A stretch of 56,367 nt of DNA, filler included, from Sphacelaria rigidula (taxonomy: Eukaryota): assembly GCA_964200075.2 (NCBI GenBank). It is 5 parts of 5 records of this genome, joined end to end, with 100 filler letters (N's around TTAATTAATTAA, not from the genome) between each part and the next. Parts side by side here need not be neighbours in the genome. Positions count along the whole stretch, not along the records: positions 1 to 11,195 come from CAXNAA020005260.1; positions 11,296 to 22,489 come from CAXNAA020005261.1; 3 more parts are not named here. One strand, given 5' to 3'. Of the stretch, positions 1 through 11,909 are shown in pieces. The stretch's first letter is position 1. Each line of letters begins with the position of its first letter. The notes under the pieces are model-generated. The model did not search any database and was not told the DNA's origin. It worked only from the letters and a program-made list of their open reading frames with translations. The position numbers and the translations under genes were made by a program.

Positions 1-72
1 ATTCGTCAAGAGTCGACTCATTATACTAAAACCAAGTAATTTTCAGACGAATCATTATTTGTGCGACCCTTG
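1..72 (-). mobile_element. Partial MITE-A copy (left end, cut by scaffold start)
   Basis: Reverse complement reads caagggtcgcacaaataatgattcgtctgaaaattacttggttttagtataatgagtcgactcttgacgaat, near-identical to 5150-5221 and 31917-31988. Confidence 0.85.
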
Positions 73-478
73 AAGAAGTATCACCAGGATACACGTACAT
101 TAGGAACTGCAGGATACTTGCCATGATACTCATTGAGATCCCAACTGTTCGACTTCTGGATAATGACTTGGCGTCAAAATCCGGGTACAGAGGAGAGGCT
201 CGCACGTATGCGGAAACGAGTTTAGCTTCATAACGACGACAACAGCAACGGCAGCATACCGATGCCCAGCCCCACCTCCCGTCCCCACTCCCACCCAATG
301 ACCGTCAACACCACATACCGATAAAAGTCAATATATCACCAAGAAAAACGACATTATGCCCTGGCACCAGCATGCTGCCTCCATAACCAGGCACAAACAC
401 CAACATCACAGCCCCAACCCCTCGCCCGCCCACGCGCGCTCGCCCCCCCTCTGGCTGTGATGAGCCCTGGGTCCTCAC

Positions 479-670
479 CAGGGTATTCTTCAAGGGTTCC
501 CTGAGCGAACGCCACAGTTCGGCGTTAAACACCGTGCTGCCCACGACACCCGCCTTTCCCGTATTCTCCACGGCTTTCTGCATGTTCACCAGGGCGTCCC
601 TTCGCTTCTCCCAATCCTCGTTATATTTCAAGATGTCGGCGGCCATTGCAGACGCATAGTCTGCCAGTGT
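479..670 (-). CDS. Exon of a CLASP/TOG-domain (HEAT repeat) microtubule-associated protein; rest of gene not found in this scaffold
   Basis: Bounded by cacag| acceptor and |gtgagg donor; 192 nt, phase 0-0. Translation TLADYASAMAADILKYNEDWEKRRDALVNMQKAV...ELWRSLREPLKNTL. The DWEKR..AL motif, ending just before the expected DLRS motif, resembles CLASP_N/TOG HEAT repeat A. Product is inferred from motif recall. Confidence 0.65.
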
Positions 671-888
671 CTGTGCGTTGTCACCATATATTAAAAAAAA
701 AAAGCATGCGTTGTTATTACCATAATTATTCCGATTGTTGTTGGCATCGTTGCTTTATTTACTGTTCTGAATTTTGTTGTTTCGGCGGCGACTGTTTAAC
801 CCTTTTGGTACTGGCAATGTAAAAGTGTGAACTTCGACGTGCTGTTTTTTGAACGATATATGGTTGAGTATTTACAGTTTTCACACAC

Positions 889-1180
889 CGATCTGGGATT
901 TTGTCTCACATAATGCCCAACAGAGGTGGAGAGCGATGATGTCGTGGGTCCACGAAATTCGACTTCACAGTCGACAAGGGAGAGGGAATGCTGAACCCCT
1001 GTCGCGATAAAAATAAAGGCAAGCACCGCAGAAGGAAGGTGGAGAACTAAAAACAAGTAAGAAAAGGAAAAAACTCCTGCATTGGCCTTCCTCCTGTGTG
1101 ACCCCCGGCTGGTGCGCCCACATATACCGAAAGGTGTAGACTGGCGTGCAGAAGAGATGGGACAACACACACAGACACAC
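889..1180 (+). mobile_element. 5'-truncated copy of tRNA-derived SINE
   Basis: Body and tail (gtgaccccggctggtgcgcccacatataccgaaaggtgtag...gggacaacacacac) match 24265-24610. The A/B-box head is missing. Preceded by cacacac. Confidence 0.85.
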
Positions 1181-1194
1181 GCACGGAAACATAA

Positions 1195-1660
1195 TCGCCC
1201 GACCCGTGTTTTTCAGACCCGTAATTTTATGTGCCCCAGTGCCGCACGGGACTCCGTACGTAGAAAATAGAGAGGTGGTGCCGATTTTCGTTTGTATAGA
1301 CTTCAGGGACCCAAGTGCTGATTTCGGATGTGTGCACAAACTTGCACAAACTTAACCCTCTTGGAATCCTTTGACTTGAAAATGACTGAAACTGATGCCG
1401 ATTCACAGGAACAAAAATCGTCATGAGTTCCAAAAGGGTTAACCCGTTGCATCCCTGACTGGACAGAACTAATCTTACTGCACCGGTGTGACGTTTTTGG
1501 AGCGCGCATGACGTATGCTGGTGGATTCTGTAGCCTTTCGCCATAAAAATGGTTGCCGTCGGTCTTTTTCTGTTCCCATATTTTCTGACTTGCCAGGGCT
1601 TGAAATAATGAGGCGTCTGGCCCAGGGACGGAAGGGGAGAGTTCCCGAAGGGTTAACATC
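1195..1660. repeat. Dispersed repeat G
   Basis: Inverted diverged matches at about 6230-6480 and 4255-4320. Confidence 0.6.
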
Positions 1661-2869
1661 GATCTACAAGAAGAAAATTATTGTCACCTTGTAAAAATTC
1701 TACTTGCTTCAACCTGCTGTGGGCTGGAAAGAAAATCCCAAGCTTCCCCGGCCAGTAAACACCATGGCCAGTACCGAAGCTTCACCAAAAAACGGATACC
1801 ACGATGAAATCGTGGTCATGTTTCACCAACACAATGCTGATACCTCTTCCCAACGCATCAAATCAAGTTTCACTTGATCGTTGTTTGTTGAACATTATGT
1901 TTCAAGTTCTCGCTTTTTTTTTTTGAGGGCACACAATCGCTCTGAGGTTATGGGCATACATCCATTATGAAAACTGTTTCAGCATAGGGTACATGCTTTC
2001 GTGCATACTCTCTTGGCAAGCGGTACACGCTGGCGACAACCACCACCACTGCTGCTGCTGTTGCGGTACACGCCAACATACCCCATGTTTTCGCGCCTTC
2101 GGTGCTGTCCGAGCAATGCTGGCACACCTTGAGCATATATTTTCATGTGACGGCCGTATCAGGTGCTTCATGCAGCCTGAAACCAAACATCAGGCGCTGC
2201 TTAATCATTTTCTTTGTGACAGTTTTTGGCTGTTTTTTTTTTTTTTGGGGGGGGGGTATCATAGAAAGTGTCTATCCGTGCTGCATTTTATGTACTGCCC
2301 CTGTACCCTACACAGACTTTGGTTCGTCAGGGGTTAGATTAGACTGTAGTAAAAAACTCTCAGTGTGTCGCTGCACATACATCGAGAGCGAGAGTTCACG
2401 CTGTTTGCATCGCTGCATACTGCTGTCAACTAGTGTGTTGCAGCTATCCTGAAAAGAAAGTGGGAGAGACTGGTCTTGAAAGACTGCACGAGGAGCAAAA
2501 CAATCCACCTTTTTGCGTGCTTCAATGGGTGACTCCTTCTAATTGGGGAAAAATAGGGCTTGGCTGAGAGGTGGTCCACTGAAAGTCCATCTGTACGGAC
2601 CAATGGACCAATCAAATCCATCGACATGGTCACACTCCTCCCCCTCAGCTGTTGCCTCACTCAGAGACTCCTCGAAAATACGCATGGTTGCTACGGCAGG
2701 CTTTTCTCGGCAATCCGGAAACTCCACACACACCCCGCTCCCCTCCCGTTTATAGTGTTGAGGTGCAATGCGGGCAAGGGTACAGCATCAAGTTTTCAAC
2801 GTCGGCGGTCAAGTCTCTCAGGCGCAAGTTGTCGGTGGAGTCACGTTGAACTGCTGGGAACACATCGGA

Positions 2870-3125
2870 AACAATTTATTCTGAACAACGCTTTGGTGAG
2901 GTTGAGAGTAGAGGATATGGACGAGAGTGAGACGCGGTTGATCAATGAATAAATACTTTCAGTTCCGAAATGCTCCTCCACGGGGCTCGATACGCTTTCT
3001 GTAGTAGTAGCTTGCCACTGAAATCTTTGATATTCCTGAGTAGGATATGGACATGTAAATGTAAGCACACGACGGTATTACAGGGAAAGAGAAGCACACA
3101 CGGGATGAAAATTGGTGAAGTTCAC
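2870..3125 (+). repeat. Dispersed repeat I
   Basis: Direct diverged match to about 29405-29650 (shared tttcagttccgaaatgc..ctccacg.ggc.cgata.gctttc). Confidence 0.7.
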
Positions 3126-3394
3126 GCGTATGATAAATTCCACTATCAATCTTACGAAAATATTGTTTCTACTGTCTGTACTGTTGTGCTGGATCATAAA
3201 ATTGTCACATACTGTAGAATTACGTCAACATTCATCGCCGTGTCGTACTCTGCTGTAATTTGTGAAAGGCTTGAACCAAAACGTTCGCAGACACCAAATT
3301 ACATGTAACATTATGGAGTCACACACAACCCCCTCGATCCTCCCGCCCCCCCGCCGCCCCGTACAGGATCCCCCTTTTGAGGTTTGGCGTCAGC

Positions 3395-3890
3395 CCCTCT
3401 CGAGCTTTGTCGTCGATCGGCGACGACGCTTTGAAACATGCCTCTCACGTTCGTATGCTAGGCAACCAGCGAACCGTTTTTTTCTCGCTTGTATTTTTGT
3501 GCGGTTACCATGAAGGTGGTCCAGCTAGTTCATGTGCGGGATGGAGAACCTCAACTCGCAAACGGGATGGCAGTATCATGTATTCAAATGGTGAAACACC
3601 GGTGAGGCAGTGTGGAGCCCATGGCTGTCGTTGGAAGCGGTGATAACAGAAGATGAAGACTCATTCGAGGCTGTTATCCATTTGCAAGACGATCAGTGCG
3701 CTTCGAGTCGAACATTTTTGGTAGGATGCAGGTTACCCTTGATGCGACTCGCTTGGTGACTACGAGCCTGGTTCCGCAAAACCCCCGCGTACTCCGTCCC
3801 GGCTTTTTAGGGATGCGTGTGGCTACGGCATGCAAGACCATGAGTGCCTCATCCCCCCCTCCCCTACTGGATGAATGTTGAGTACGAGAG
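3395..3890 (+). repeat. Dispersed repeat B (~500 bp)
   Basis: Colinear with 49385-49985 (+). Its 3' part matches 29177-29380 (-); shared ctacggcatgcaaga(c/t)catgagt. Confidence 0.8.
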
Positions 3891-4316
3891 AATGGATACG
3901 AGGTAGGGTTGAGATCACAGTTTCGTGAGGGAGGGGTTGGTGAAGTCACAGTACGAGCGTTTGTGCGAGAGAACAACGTTACACGTGTGTGTAGAAACGT
4001 GAACGGGTTTTGTACTCAACTTTTAAATTTTTCATGTTTTTGTGAAGTAAATACATAGGCGGCAGCTTCTTTTCCTAGAGAAATGCCATCAATCTCCAAG
4101 TATACAAAGTCACGTGGCCGACAGTTTTACAGAGGAATAAAACCCCCCGCGCCCCCCTCTTGGAAGCCCTTAGAAAACCCCGGACTGTCAGCAGCAAAAA
4201 CTGCCTGGAGACGAAGCTCGCAGTCAAAGGGCAAACTTGAAAATCAGTCTTGTCTTGACCCTTTGGGAACCCTCCCGTTCTGTCTCCGGGCCAGACGCCT
4301 CACTCCTTCAAGCCCC

Positions 4317-4625
4317 GAAGCCGTGTCTTGGCACATCATTTTTCGATCGAAAAAGTGCGGTGGAAAAAACATATTCCGATCTGATAGGTGGTGGGTTCAA
4401 CCATCTTCAAAATAAACTACGATAGTTGAAATCACGACCTATCAGATCGGAGTTTTCCGTTCCCACCGCACATTTTCGATCGAAAAAAAAGAAGCCAAGG
4501 GCGTGTCTTGGCGCATTATTTTTCGATCGAAAGCGTGCGGTGGAAAAAGAAGAACTCCGATCTGGTAGTTTGTAATTTCAACCACTGCCTATTTTGGAGG
4601 TGGTTGAAGTCGCGACTTACCCAGT
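4317..4625. mobile_element. Tandem foldback MITEs, family F (terminus caaggccgtgtcttggcac)
   Basis: 4320-4500 has ~85-bp inverted arms (tcgatcgaaaaagtgcggtgg...ccgatctgatagg / cctatcagatcgg...ccaccgcacattttcgatcga). A second copy starts at ~4497. Related ends at 6105-6174, 35075-35125, 35580-35630 and 38248-38320. Confidence 0.7.
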
Positions 4626-5149
4626 GTTGCGCCTGAAGAAAAAAGGAAAAAAAAAACATTTTTTCGGAACAGAATCTGACCACTTTTACCTGTAATGCGT
4701 ACTCCTGCAGCGCACAATACCAGATGCAGCGACGTGGAACTGTTGGCTGAGGTTCGCACAACGTATGAGCAAAGTTTCAGCGCCTCGCAGCGGCTACAGC
4801 GCGCGTAGGGTCGTGCGTCATGAACTGCGCAGCTGTACAGACTGTGTGCCAGTCGGTGCACTACAGATGGTCATGATCCAGACAGGGTCGTAGTACAGAA
4901 CGGTGTCAGTTTTTTACCACATCGGCCGCCCGGCCGCGCTAAATGTCAAAGTTTGTGCATCTGCGCGTGCACATATGCGTTCACCTGTAGTGCGCAAAGT
5001 CTGGGCAGCTGCACGGCCGATTTGAGAGAGCATGGACGGCATTCCCCACAATCGGTTGGGGCCATGTTGTACGGTGTTCCCTCGCCCAATCGTGCGGATG
5101 CTTTGGGCATATGCTGCCTGTGTTGTGCCCAACTAGTGTGCGAAGTTTC

Positions 5150-5408
5150 CAAGGGTCGGGCAAATAATGATTCGTCTGAAAATTACTTGGTTTTAGTATA
5201 ATGAGTCGACTCTTGACGAATCAATCCCCTAGGCTTTATTTCAGCGTTGCAACCCAGGTACACGTAGCCCAGACACGTGGAATGGCGCAAAAGTCGCGTG
5301 GATACCCCTTCGACCAGAGATCAACTTTTTTCTCCCTTCTGGGCACAATCAGGCCGAAGAAATCGTGAGTTCGACGATTCTTAGTCGTGGTGATTCGTCC
5401 TAACCGTG
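5150..5408 (+). mobile_element. MITE-A, 259 bp, imperfect TIRs, 8-bp TSD
   Basis: Ends caagggtcgggcaaataa / tgattcgtcctaaccgtg. Flanks gaagtttc (5142-5149) and gaagtctc (5409-5416). Second full copy at 31917-32172. Confidence 0.85.
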
Positions 5409-8400
5409 GAAGTCTCATGGTGGAACACGCAGTCACAGGCGAGAAATCCACAACTCAATTTGCACTGAAAAATGGTGGTTTACCGTAGGAGTATACTCAA
5501 ATAACATGAGACGCGGTTACGCCTTGATTACGCCGCATATCGTATGCAGTTACGTAGTAATGTGGTACGGGTATACTGCCTGTAGACCGTACATTGCATC
5601 AGCATATTATACTGCACTTTACATGGTGGTCATGACGGAGTTTACAAATTTCAAACCCATCAGCTGCGCCGCGAGACATGCATGCAAACGATTGTGCCTT
5701 TCTCCAGTGCGACAAAAGCAAATGAGATGCTTCTTTTTCAAGCTGATTGTACACTCTTTGAACTACGCCCTGGGCGCGGTGGTGCGCTGGAACACCAATC
5801 GTGGTCGCCTCCCATCGTCGTACAATGGGGCCCGCGAGGCACCCATACCGAGCAACACCATGCACACCACCGAACGCGGGATATGGCCACGTTCTCGGCC
5901 TGCAACTTGTGCCGACGATCCAGCCTTGAACATAGCTTTTCAGATATGCCGTGTGTTGGGCTGTACATCGTCCCTCTGGGGCATCTCGCTCGTGTGAACT
6001 ACACCTACTTTGCGGATGATCCAAGCTGGTAATTTATACAATGATCATTGTATACGAAAATCGGCGTACATTTGTCTTTTTTCCTTCAGTTGGCGCAACA
6101 CTGTATCAGATAGGGATTTTCGTTTTCCACCGCACTTTTTCGGTCGGAAAATGATGTGCTAAGACACGGCCTTGAATTGACACGCCGTGACGAAGAAAAA
6201 AAAGATACGAACAGAAACAGACCGACGGCGGCAACCATTTTCACGGTGGAAGGCCACAGAAGAATCCACCAGCATACGCCATGCGCACACCAAAAATGTC
6301 ACCCCGGCGCAGTCGGATTAGTTTTGTCCAGTGGGGGATGGACTGCCAAAATCAGCACTTGGGTGTCTGAAGTCTAGACAAACAAAAACGGCACCATCTG
6401 TCTATTTTTTATATACTGCATGAGTCCCGTGCGGCGCTGGGAACACTTCAATACGAGTCTGAAAACACGCCTCGGGCCAACAGTTTTGCTTGAAAGCTGT
6501 AAATTCTCAACCATACGGCGTCGCATGTCGTTCGAAAAATAGCACCTCGAAATCCAGCCTATTCCATCACTAGTACCACAAATGTTAAATCGCGGGTGCC
6601 GTTTTTTCCGCATCTCATTGTGGGATTCTCAGACCAGGCTCAACTATGGTGCAATAGTGTGCACGTTTTCATCTGGTCGAGTGCGGAGATGTAACAAATT
6701 CAATATATCGTCCAATTCTGCGCGTTCCCAGCTCACAACACCCCGTGCCTTTGCGCACTGCAGCCGTCGTGTGTCCTGCGCTGTAGTTCCGCGTGCTGCC
6801 GTGCTTCCCAGCAGCGCAGCAACAGGACAGCCAGTACAGTACAGTTCAGAATTCAGAAGATTGCGCGCGTTCCCTTTTTACGTTCATTTGCCATATTTTC
6901 CGAGCCCCTTCGTCATTGCAGCAGACCATCGCTCTCGCCCATGGCCTGTTCAAATTATTCTCAAAAATGTTATAATAGGAGTTTACTTCAAGATCGACAT
7001 GCCATCTGCGCCCGCACGGCGACCCCGACAAGTGCCATGCAACGTGGCGAGCTACCCAAATGCAGTATGCATCCTGCCCCCCGTGAATAGCACCCTCGGG
7101 TAATTGTTTCTCAGCTACTTTTCACACAAAGTTGTATGGTAACGTAATCTTAGTTAGACATACGATATAACAACAGTACACTAGTAGTAGCATCTACGGT
7201 CGGTAGTGCTAGGATATCATCTCCCGAAATGCTGCTAGGTAATGGGGTGTACCGCACGGGCCTCGACACTCGCAGTTTACTACGCTCTCACTGACAGAGT
7301 CGTATTTGACGGAACGATTATGGCACATGAAACGATTTGTAAAGCAGCTGTCTTTTTTGTGCCAGCATCCCGCGTGTCCACAAACCACGAGATAGCGACA
7401 TGAAAAGATGATCTTCGCAGTAGTATGAAGCGCGTGGCTCATCGCGGGCAGGTCGGTATTGTTGCTCGGGAAATCGCCAACGAAAATATCGTTGTTGGAG
7501 AATTTCGGGGGGGGCTGGTGGAAAATTAACAATCCGGAATCGCAAACAAGAGAAGCAACTCTTGCAAACACGCGGCGCTCGAGTATCCGTTACATTTCAC
7601 GAGTTGCATACCCAAGCAAGCAAATACAATTACGACAGTAGCTTGCGAGAGCAGCAACAACAGCTGCGCTATATATGGCAATCGTTCTCAATGTGCCGGA
7701 GAGGGCTTGTTTTTTTCTTTGCTCTCGAGATAGTCAACAGTCGACTAAGTAGGTCCAATGTCTCCTGCAACCGGCGTTTGCTGTCTGTCGTTGCACACTG
7801 GACACCACAGTGCCCTCGTCATAACCGCGCCGTATCATCATGCAGTCGGAAACTCACATAACTAACCCCTGAAGCCACATGCGTGCACATATTGTAAGTG
7901 ACAACGTTAGCTCACCTTTCGACTCATGGGGGCTGATAATTCCAGAGCAAAAATATGGCGCCTTGCACACGGGCACCAGCCCTATTATAGTTCACAAAAA
8001 TAACTCTTGTTTTTGTCCGTCACAGTGCTTTCAGTCAGACCCGCACTGAATGGTCGTTCTGTTTCAAAGTACGCAGCACCCGTCGGTATACTGCACTGCA
8101 ATGCACTGGTTGGGTGCCGATCAGCAGCAGAGTGTAGACGTTCGAGGGGACAGAACGTTGCTGTTTTCCCTCATCAGTGGGATGATTCACTTGCTGCAGG
8201 ACAACTACCCTGAGCAATCATCTCCCGTCCCGAAAGCCTATCGCATGGGCCGGAGACTCGGATATTCTAGAAAAAAAAGCGAAAACATCCCGCAAAAATC
8301 TCACGCATGGTTCGTGCAGTATTCCCGAGTACAATATCGCTTATCCGACGGGTATGGCATAAGAATCCTCTTGTGTCATACAATGTGGATCTATCGGTGG

Positions 8401-9848
8401 TGTGATCACGCCTTCGTTTTCAAGGCTCTAGATTGGAGCATAACCAGATGCGAAGAGACACTACAACAGTACTCGTACTGTGCTGCACCATCAAGCACCA
8501 CATAGATCAACTAACTGTCAAACAACAAATAACATGACACATGACACATGACACATTCATTCGAAATGATGCAAACAAAATTGCGGAACATTCTCCGACC
8601 AATGAATGAAGAGAAATCCACGCTGATGCTCGTTTGTGCCCAGATCGGAGAGCGACTACAGTACACCACGGCTCGGTGTATCCGCACAAGTGTGCGCGGA
8701 GGACATCATATCCACAGAGAATTAGCAATGTTTAGTGCCCTGCAAGCTTTCCGCAAGCCTGAACGTGGTCACGTGCAGGTGGGCGACTACAGCATTCGAG
8801 AAAAACCGCTCGTGATGAAGCTTGATCCCCTCGAACGCTCACGATCAGCTGCAGCAGTGCCGAAAGTGACTCGATTAAGGGCATGGGATGATAGCAAGAT
8901 GCTCGTGTCCCTCACAAATTCAGTTCTCATCACCGAGAAAGGTAACAGACATACGAGCTGAGCCGGCCAAGGCTCCGTCGCCACAGGTCACAGGCCATGC
9001 ACGGCGCAATTTTTCGAATTTCGGGATGAAATTTTCGCGTGGTCATACCAGCCGCCGCACCTCGGAGGCCAATGGTCAATGGTCAGACTGTCACGCAGTT
9101 GAGGTGTGGAGAGAATGTGGGTTCGACTCTCGCCGGGAGTGATGCTGTGATAGTTCCCCCCAGAATATTTGCTGGTTCGAGGAGGCAAGAGCGACATACA
9201 AATGATAATTATAAATGTTCAGCACGCCCAGCTGCTGGGAACTCCCACGCCTGGGGTCGTTTTCGCCAATGTCGCCCGCAGGAGGCGCTTCATACCGTCA
9301 ACTACAAGCAAGCACCGTGTGGCCATTTTCTTCGTGCCCGGTTTGAGGCTGGTTTTCCTAGCGGGGCTATCGCGGCATGATTTCCAGATTTTTCTCCTTC
9401 GAAACCCTTAGGTACATCAAGAGCTGTCGAAGCACACGCATGACGATCTCCCGATCATAGGGTTATGTTTACCTGGCGATATATCTATCGCCGCGATTCG
9501 TGAGACATGTTCGGTGGCTGATCAGCAAACGTATGGAAGGTGTTCGTGGACAGCGGGTAGATTCCACTTTACGCAGGACGTTGGGTATGCGGACAGCCGC
9601 TTAGTACTCGTTGGGGTGCCACAGGATGTGTGATATGTCTCGTAGGTAGAAACTTGACGGATCTCACTGGAGAGTCTTTCTACGATAGTCTCCTCCCAAA
9701 ACCAGCCAAAAGCTGTCACGCGAAGAAATGATCATACAGCATCTGATGTTTGGTTTCAGGCGGCATGAAGCGCCTCACATGGGCGACATTGGCGAGAACG
9801 AACCGAAGCGTGGGAATTCCCAGCTGCTCGTTGTGCTTGACTTTTTGC

Positions 9849-10405
9849 CAAGGTTGTGTTCTGCAGGGTACGGGTATTTTCTATAGGGTACGGAATTCCT
9901 TACAGGGCTTTCAGAAATATCGGGTACCGTATGAAGGTGTGGCCGAAATTACACAACTGTCGAGTACCGGTTTGAAAGTCTCAGAGAAATTACAGAACTT
10001 GTCGGGTACGATACGGGAGGCTTCCAGAAAACCGTATCGGCAATCGGGTATTTTTTGGGGGGCATACCCGCGCTCCGGGTAGGGGCATACATTATGTACA
10101 GAACTCACAGATCTGTCGGGCAAGGGTATGAGGGGCGTTCAAATCTCACAGGAACTGTCGGGCAGGGTATGGAGGCTGCACAGTAAACCGTACCCGCAAC
10201 CGGGTAACTTAACAAGAGCAAACGCGTGCCCCCGGTAACGGTACGGGAGACTCATAGACCTCACAGAACTATCGGGTAAGGGTATGAAAGCCTTACGGAC
10301 TTTACATAACTGTCGGGTACCGGTATGAAAGTGTCGGGTACGGTAAATACCCGGGAAAAATACCCCAGGTATACAGAAAACCGTACCCTACTGGACACAA
10401 CCTTA
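9849..10405. mobile_element. Non-autonomous DNA transposon with ~25-bp TIRs and internal tandem subterminal repeats
   Basis: caaggttgtgttctgcagggtacgg versus reverse complement of the right end taaggttgtgtccagtagggtacgg. Multiple internal cagaactgtcgggtacgggtatg-like units. Same terminus at ~39903 and same unit at ~54397. Confidence 0.75.
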
Positions 10406-10420
10406 GAAGGTTTTTCAGGT

Positions 10421-10671
10421 GACACTTTCTACTATAGCCCCCCCCCCCCAACCAGTCCAAAACTGTCACGAATAAAATGGCCATACAGCGCCTGATGTTT
10501 AATTTCAGGCTGCATGAAGGGCCGCATATGAGTGACATTGGCGAAAACGAACCCAAGTGTGGGAAATCCCAGCTGCTCGTTGTGCACGGCTTGTTCCGTT
10601 TCTATTTACGTGTAGATTTTGCCTCCCCAAACCAGCCACGTTTTTTTTGGGGGGCTATCGTAGAAAGTGTC
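10421..10671 (+). mobile_element. MITE-D, 251 bp
   Basis: TIR gacactttctac(t/g)atagcccccc, with aggt on both flanks (possible 4-bp TSD). Partial copies at ~2130-2272, ~9670-9836, 11126-11195 and ~20325-20565. Confidence 0.85.
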
Positions 10672-11195
10672 AGGTTGTAGGCCGGCCTCGCTCGTACTCG
10701 ACGCACTTTGAAAGAAAGTGCTTGATGCACTACTATACACACACACGTGACATCTGCTTGTACTTCCTCCATTTATCGAGAGTTGATACTGTTACTGTTA
10801 CTGAGCGGCACCTTATGGGTTCCGCGAGCGAATATACCGCTGCGGCCGAGGATGATTGCTACTAGAATTGCATGACCCCTCGCAAAACATCGCACGCGAT
10901 ATACGACGCACGATCACACATGTATTCATCTAGCGACAGCAATCATGGGGCACTTTCAACAATAACAGAGTTCGGCGCACGAAAATTTCCGGCGTGACAG
11001 GTTGTGGAGGCCGCTGGGCTTTTGTTGGGTATCGGCAGAGACACGGCGAGAGAAGACGGGCTCAACCAAGCACCGCTTTATCGGGTAAGTGCGTCAAAAT
11101 AGACACCGATTGTGGTCGATACCTGACACTTTCTACGATAGCCCCCCCCAAAAAAGTGCATGGTTTTGGGAGGCAAAATCTCTACGTAAATCGAG

Positions 11196-11295
11196 NNNNN
11201 NNNNNNNNNNNNNNNNNNNNNNNNNNNNNNNNNNNNNNNTTAATTAATTAANNNNNNNNNNNNNNNNNNNNNNNNNNNNNNNNNNNNNNNNNNNN
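11196..11295. other. Artificial scaffold linker (N44-TTAATTAATTAA-N44)
   Basis: Identical 100-nt linker occurs four times. Confidence 0.98.
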
Positions 11296-11708
11296 AAAGG
11301 GAACAAGAAATCTTCTCCAAAAATAAGTCGAGAAAATTGTGGGGGGGGGATGTGCGGTGGGGGCAAAGAGGTTGGAGAACCAAAAGTCGTGAGGAGAAAT
11401 GTCGAGGGGAGGAGGGGGGTGTCGGAAAAAACAACGGCAAATGTGTACACTGCCCTCCCTTCCTTCCAAAAAAAAACGAAAATGGGGAAACAAAATCGAG
11501 GTACGATTTTGTTGATCAAAAACACTCAACTCAGATAAAGCGACCAGACAACTAACCGGCGACAGTTTCCCCTCTTTTTTCTTCTCTCTGTTGTTCACTG
11601 TGCCATGTGAAACAGCGCAGAAAGAAGAAAAAGAAACGCCCGTCCGATCGATGTCCGTAGCTCACATCGTTCCAATTTTTCTCTTTTTTTTTTTCTTGTT
11701 TTGTCGTC

Positions 11709-11909
11709 CTAGTACTCCTCGCCAAAGTCCTCCTCCCCGTCGACATCGGTAGTCTCGGCGCCGACCTCCTCGTAGTCCTTCTCCAGAGCGGCCAAGTCCT
11801 CGCGAGCTTCGGAAAACTCGCCCTCTTCCATCCCCTCTCCCACGTACCAGTGCACGAACGCGCGCTTGGCGTACATGAGGTCGAACTTGTGGTCGATGCG
11901 TGACAGCGC
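11709..11909 (-). CDS. TUBA: Alpha-tubulin exon 6 (last)
   Basis: [66 protein letters not shown]; acceptor aaaacgacag. Confidence 0.95.
   Translation of the reverse strand, partial: ALSRIDHKFDLMYAKRAFVHWYVGEGMEEGEFSEAREDLAALEKDYEEVGAETTDVDGEEDFGEEY

Noticed and set aside
9940-10345. CRISPR-like repeat/spacer array
   Set aside because: Units are degenerate, the spacers resemble each other, the array sits inside TIRs, there are no cas genes and the context is eukaryotic.
11240-11251. TTAATTAATTAA as a piggyBac site or regulatory palindrome
   Set aside because: Synthetic linker between N runs, repeated identically four times.
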